A stretch of 64,000 nucleotides of DNA, taken from positions 1-64,000 of the forward strand of contig CAWBHS010000004.1 of NCBI GenBank assembly GCA_963788655.1, written 5' to 3'. The notes below the pieces were generated by a model. It saw nothing but the letters and a program-made list of their open reading frames with translations, had not been told where the DNA came from and searched no databases. A program made the translations under genes and the position numbers. Source of the stretch: an uncultured Verrucomicrobiae bacterium. GTDB lineage: Bacteria > Verrucomicrobiota > Verrucomicrobiia > Limisphaerales > JAFGQR01. Positions 60,197-64,000 of the stretch are shown in pieces (positions within the stretch are counted from its first letter, which is position 1; every line of letters starts with the position of its first letter).

Positions 60197-60541
60197 ATGA
60201 CACCCCAGGAATTTGTTTCATGCATTCGGCGCGAGGTTTTGGAAGAGAGTCTTAAGATGTATCGGCAAAGCCTTGAACGCTCAGCTTCGACTCCGACCGG
60301 GCGAGACACATACTGGCCGGAAATGACCGAGTTTTACCAGTCGCTCAACGAAGAACAGCGACCGCAGTTTATGGATGGAATCCGGCAGGTACTGGTGGAC
60401 ACTTTGTCCAATGTCTTCGGAATCCTCGACGGCTCGACTCTGCTGGAAAAGCATCGAGATTACTTCCATCTCACCTATGGCGACGAACCACAAGAACTGA
60501 ATGGTGAACTCCAAGATCTATTCCTGTCGCCTGAAACCTGA
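60197..60541 (+). CDS. Putative cognate immunity protein for the main RHS tip
   Basis: Small acidic ORF starting 4 bp after the toxin stop with an AGGAGG RBS; lower GC like the toxin tip. Confidence 0.75.
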   Translation: MTPQEFVSCIRREVLEESLKMYRQSLERSASTPTGRDTYWPEMTEFYQSLNEEQRPQFMDGIRQVLVDTLSNVFGILDGSTLLEKHRDYFHLTYGDEPQELNGELQDLFLSPET

Positions 60542-60563
60542 AAATGCTGTGAACGAGTAATGG

Positions 60564-60891
60564 AAATGAACTTCACACGCCAACCATAGAAAGGCCCGAG
60601 TTGCCAAAAGAAGTTAAAACGCTGGACCAGCTTCTCAGCTACGCACCCTTCGCAGGCGCAGGAAAGCTCACCTACGTCAGACTGAACATCCCAATGCCCT
60701 GCCCGCCTCGTGGCACTGTCCTGGTCAACACAAGGACGTGGTTTTGCGAGCCTGTTTCATCTCAGCACGCCCGGTTCGCTTTCAGTCAGGGATGCGACCG
60801 TTCCAGCTAGGTTGGCGCTTTGGATAAGCCCATGAAGCGCCGGCTTCAATTCGTTTTGGTCCTGCTGCTGGCGGCGTCCGCCTTTGGTTAC
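60564..60891 (+). repeat. Cassette leader repeat, copy 1 (non-coding block plus signal-peptide coding block)
   Basis: aaatgaacttcacacgccaaccatag identical to 63037-63062; further shared blocks; 60832-60891 similar to 63143-63202. Confidence 0.85.
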
Positions 60892-62729
60892 GCTCCATTG
60901 GCGAAGCTGACTTTGCCGCACCTTCTGGAGGAACGGTCAGCCCGTCCCAGCCATCAGTTCAGCACCAATGCGAGCAGTATCTTTACCCTCACCAATGCGG
61001 CCGCCGACATGGCCCTCACTACCTACGATGGCAACGGCAACGTAACCCAACGCGTCTGGAAGGATCACACCAATGGAACTGTCCGCACGCAGACACTCAC
61101 CTGGGATGCTTTTAACCGTTTGGCCGCAGTGACCGAACGCGACAACGAGAATCATGGCTACAACTGGCGGGTCGTCTTCGATGGCCTGGGCCGCCGGGTG
61201 CAGACGCTCGTGACGCTGGTCAGCAACAACACGCAAACGGCCACCGCCACACTCAACCACTACTACGATCCGAGCGTGGAGTTCCTGGAGATCGGCGTTT
61301 CGGTTAACGGCGTCACGACCTGGAAACTGTACGGCCCCGATGGCGATGGCGGCTACGGCAGCCAGCAAGGTCTTGGTGGATTGGAAACGCTGAACACCGT
61401 CAGTCCGAACCAGAGCACCGGCGTCATTCAGGACCACTTCGGCAACGTGCTGGGGAGCGTTGCCGGCGGCTCGGTGAGCTTGGACTGCCGCTCGGCTCAC
61501 CAGCTACGGTCCCGTCGAAGGAACCCAACTCCCGCGCTTTCGTTCACCCCGCTGACCGCCGAACACCTGGCCTGGCGCGGCAAATGGCGCGACGTGACCG
61601 GCGACTTCTACTGGGGTGCGCGTCCGTACGATGCGCGCCGGCGGGCCTTTATCGCCTTCGACACCGCGGGCCACGCGGCAACGCCCGATGGCTATTCAGC
61701 CTTCGGTGGCAATCCCGTGATGCTCTGGGACCCGGATGGGCGATTGGGCCAGAACCCGGCGTTTGGAGTGGGCACGAGTTATGGGCCGGGCATGGACATC
61801 TTTACCCAGAACGACATCTGGTGGAACAGTTTTCAGCAGCCCGCCACTGCCGCCAACGACGTATTCACACAAAACCAACAATGGATTGACAGCTACCATC
61901 AGCCCAACTGGCTGGCCGGCGGCGGGCGCTTGCTGGGCGGCAATTACGACTGGATGGGAAACCCGGTGCCCGAGAGTAGCAGCGGCTACGGCGGCGCGAG
62001 TGATCCGTACGCCAACTGGAATGCCACGGTGGACTACAACAATCCGCGGGATGTCATGGGCGTCTTCCAGCAAGAAGCGTCGCGCACATCGCGCGGCTCC
62101 GGCTCGGAACTGAGCTGGTCCCAGCAGTGGCGTTATGACTCGACCCGCACGTTTGACAACGCGCTGGCAACCACTGCCAACGTCCTCACCCTGGGCACCG
62201 CTAACTCCGCAAGCATCGCCTTTACCGGCAGCGACCTCTGGGGCAAGAGCGGCTACTCGACGGGCCAAAGGGTCACCGAGGGATTGTTTCTGACCAGCAT
62301 GATCGCGCCGGTCGGCGGGCTAGGACTTAGGGCGGAAGAGGGATTTTTGGGGACTGCCGCAAAGCGGCTAGCAACCGGTGCAGACGGAGCGGTTTTCTGG
62401 TCGGGAATTGGAAGGGGCGGCGCTGAAAGAGCCGCCACATGGGCGGGACAGAACGGAGGAATAACACTCGAATCGACCTTGGCGTACGGGGAATAGCGCT
62501 TCCCGCTTGGGATGCGAGCAATCCGGCCTCTGTTGCGGCTTGGCGACAAGCCTCGACGGATTTCGCTGCCGGCGCGGGAGGAAATGTCCGCGTGCTACAG
62601 GGTGATGCTTTGCGTGTTGATGCTATCTGGCGCGATGAGTTCAGAGCGCTGCAAGCAAATCGCAACGTCAATTCGATACGATCGATAAACCCAAATTCAG
62701 GAGCGGAGGTCTTTCTATGGTCGAGATAA
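60832..62729 (+). CDS. Orphan RHS cassette: signal peptide + duplicated RHS core + ADP-ribosyl-cyclase-like toxin tip (frameshift near 62490)
   Basis: MKRRLQFVLVLLLAASAFGY; 60946-61737 homologous to 58514-59307; NPVMLWDPDGR; tip FWSG...TLEST...W..AS..FA..A.G.V.V...IW..E. Confidence 0.8.
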
Positions 62730-63030
62730 ACAATCTCAGTTCCCGGCAGCTTGTTGAGGCAGTTCGGCTTTGGACCGGATGGGGGCAGAGACGCCCAACC
62801 GAAACAACAAACGAGTGGTGGATCGTTTCGGGGAGCAGGACGCCGTGAAGCTGCTTCCTCTAATAAAATCTTTAGAGGAGGACTTTTACGCATCTGATGC
62901 GCAGCTTGTTGCCGCCAATCTTCAGGAGATGGAAAAACTGGCCTCCGAGCATTTCAAGCGAAAGCATCCGACAGCGGCCGAGGAAATCGTCAAGGCGTTC
63001 GCGTGGTGCTACACGTTCGACTTCAAATAA
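62717..63030 (+). CDS. Putative cognate immunity protein for the orphan toxin (one indel near 62785)
   Basis: GGAGGT RBS then ATG 62717 overlapping the toxin stop; MVEINNL..VRLWTGWG continuing into ORF 62770 (..AFAWCYTFDFK). Confidence 0.7.
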
Positions 63031-63036
63031 ATGAAC

Positions 63037-63202
63037 AAATGAACTTCACACGCCAACCATAGCACCCGAGTTGCCAATGAATTTAAAACGCTGGAAAAGC
63101 TTCGCGGCTACGAACACTCCTCGACGCGGAGTCAATGATCCCGTGAAGCGTCGGCTTCAATGCGTTTTGCTCCTGCTGCTGGCGTTGCCAGCTTTTGGTT
63201 AC
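63037..63202 (+). repeat. Cassette leader repeat, copy 2
   Basis: Matches 60564-60645 and 60823-60891 but lacks the ~180-bp middle segment. Confidence 0.85.
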
Positions 63203-63427
63203 ATTACGTCACCGATCGTTCGGCCAGACAGCGCGTTGGACCTCGAGATCGATGATACACTCAGGAATCTGCAAACCATCAACACGGGCTACGCGCTGCG
63301 CCGCGAAGCCCAGGAAGCTTATGCGGCCGACCAAGTGAACCGCGCGCTTTGGGATTACCAACTCAATCAGCAGATTGACCACATGTGGGACCAAACGCCA
63401 CAACGCGCCTATGCGGGCGCCAAGTGA
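63143..63427 (+). CDS. Mini-cassette: signal peptide + copy of the first post-core module of the main RHS protein (small secreted protein or remnant)
   Basis: GTG-KRRLQCVLLLLLALPAFGY, then 63222-63421 matches 59354-59553 with one mismatch seen, in frame, followed by a stop. Confidence 0.6.
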   Translation: MKRRLQCVLLLLLALPAFGYITSPIVRPDSALDLEIDDTLRNLQTINTGYALRREAQEAYAADQVNRALWDYQLNQQIDHMWDQTPQRAYAGAK

Positions 63428-63710
63428 ATAGGCAACCAATAGCAGGCTTGTGGCCAGCTTTTCGCCTGGTGGCACCGGCAGCAGCTTCTTGGAGTTCGCG
63501 GCCTTGCAACGTTGGCCGGTGCGCCATCTCATGTATTCATCCGAACGTTCCAACACACGGGCCACCCACATCCAGTGCTGGTCCTCGTCAACCTCGGGAA
63601 CGCTTCGCTGATCACCGAAGGTTTCCTGCCAACCGAGTTCAAACGCGACTGCTGCCGGCTCTGTGGAACCATCTTTTGATGCTCCGATAGCCATAATCAA
63701 TCTAACCTAA

Positions 63711-64000
63711 ATGAAAATTAAAGCGATGAAGCTAACCGGATTCCTTCTGGCGCTGTGGGCCGGGCTGTTGACGCTTCCAGCACAACTGGTCGTCACGGTG
63801 TTACCACCCAAAATCACTGGCAGCAAAGCGGTGTACCGCTGGCGCTGAAGAACAACTTTGCGGAAAGCGTAACATCGGCCCGGGCCGGTTGTTCCTATTG
63901 GATGAGCATGGCAAGATGGTCGGCCAATCAACGCACTGGATCATTGGGAACGGGAAGTCCAAAGGGCTAGCGGCAGGCGGTACGAACGCCTTTTACTTTG
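63711..64000 (+). CDS. Hypothetical secreted protein, runs off the window end, indels
   Basis: MKIKAMKLTGFLLALWAGLLTLPA-Q signal; across frames LVVTVLPPKITGSKAV/PLALKNNFAESVTSARA/FLLDEHGKMVGQSTHWIIG. Confidence 0.55.

Noticed and set aside
60578..60818. attC site formed by cgccaacc ... ggttggcg in the first cassette leader
   Set aside because: Only an 8-bp match about 230 bp apart, no inner L boxes recognised, and the second leader copy lacks the right arm.
58514..61737. Diversity-generating retroelement (template/variable repeat pair)
   Set aside because: Differences between the copies are mostly third-position and not adenine-specific; no reverse transcriptase is in the window.
60946..61737. 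Assembly duplication of the RHS core
   Set aside because: The copies differ by many synonymous and some amino-acid substitutions and lead into different toxins.
63209..63700. 163-aa minus-strand ORF
   Set aside because: Half of it is antisense to the duplicated V1 module, and the rest has no recognisable motif.

Overview
GC-rich bacterial chromosomal window. Gene content and repeat types suggest Verrucomicrobiota (inference only). Single-base indels break many otherwise conserved genes (cysD, cysNC, cysteine desulfurase, pirin), which points to long-read assembly error rather than biology. The left two thirds hold housekeeping and metabolic genes: a Sel1 protein, pirin, a sugar-phosphate isomerase with two Tat-exported Gfo/Idh/MocA oxidoreductases, argB-nusB-PHP-ftsY, moeA, a cysteine desulfurase divergent from cysI-cysH-cysD-cysNC, a nucleotide-sugar trio and an NtrB/NtrC-type pair. 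These are interspersed with at least seven palindromic intergenic repeat families, two REP-doublet tandem arrays (156-bp and 121-bp units) and a nested REP>IS110>IS4 scar. The right third encodes a ~2900-aa lamin-tail/CotH/Ig secreted protein and then the most unusual locus. A LamG-like secreted gene precedes a ~3000-aa RHS/YD polymorphic toxin with a Sec-type signal peptide and a transglutaminase-like N-terminus, ending in an HNH-like tip plus a putative immunity gene. Two orphan cassettes follow. Each is preceded by the same conserved non-coding leader and starts with its own near-identical signal peptide. One carries an ADP-ribosyl-cyclase-like toxin and immunity gene, the other a 200-bp near-exact copy of one internal module of the main toxin.
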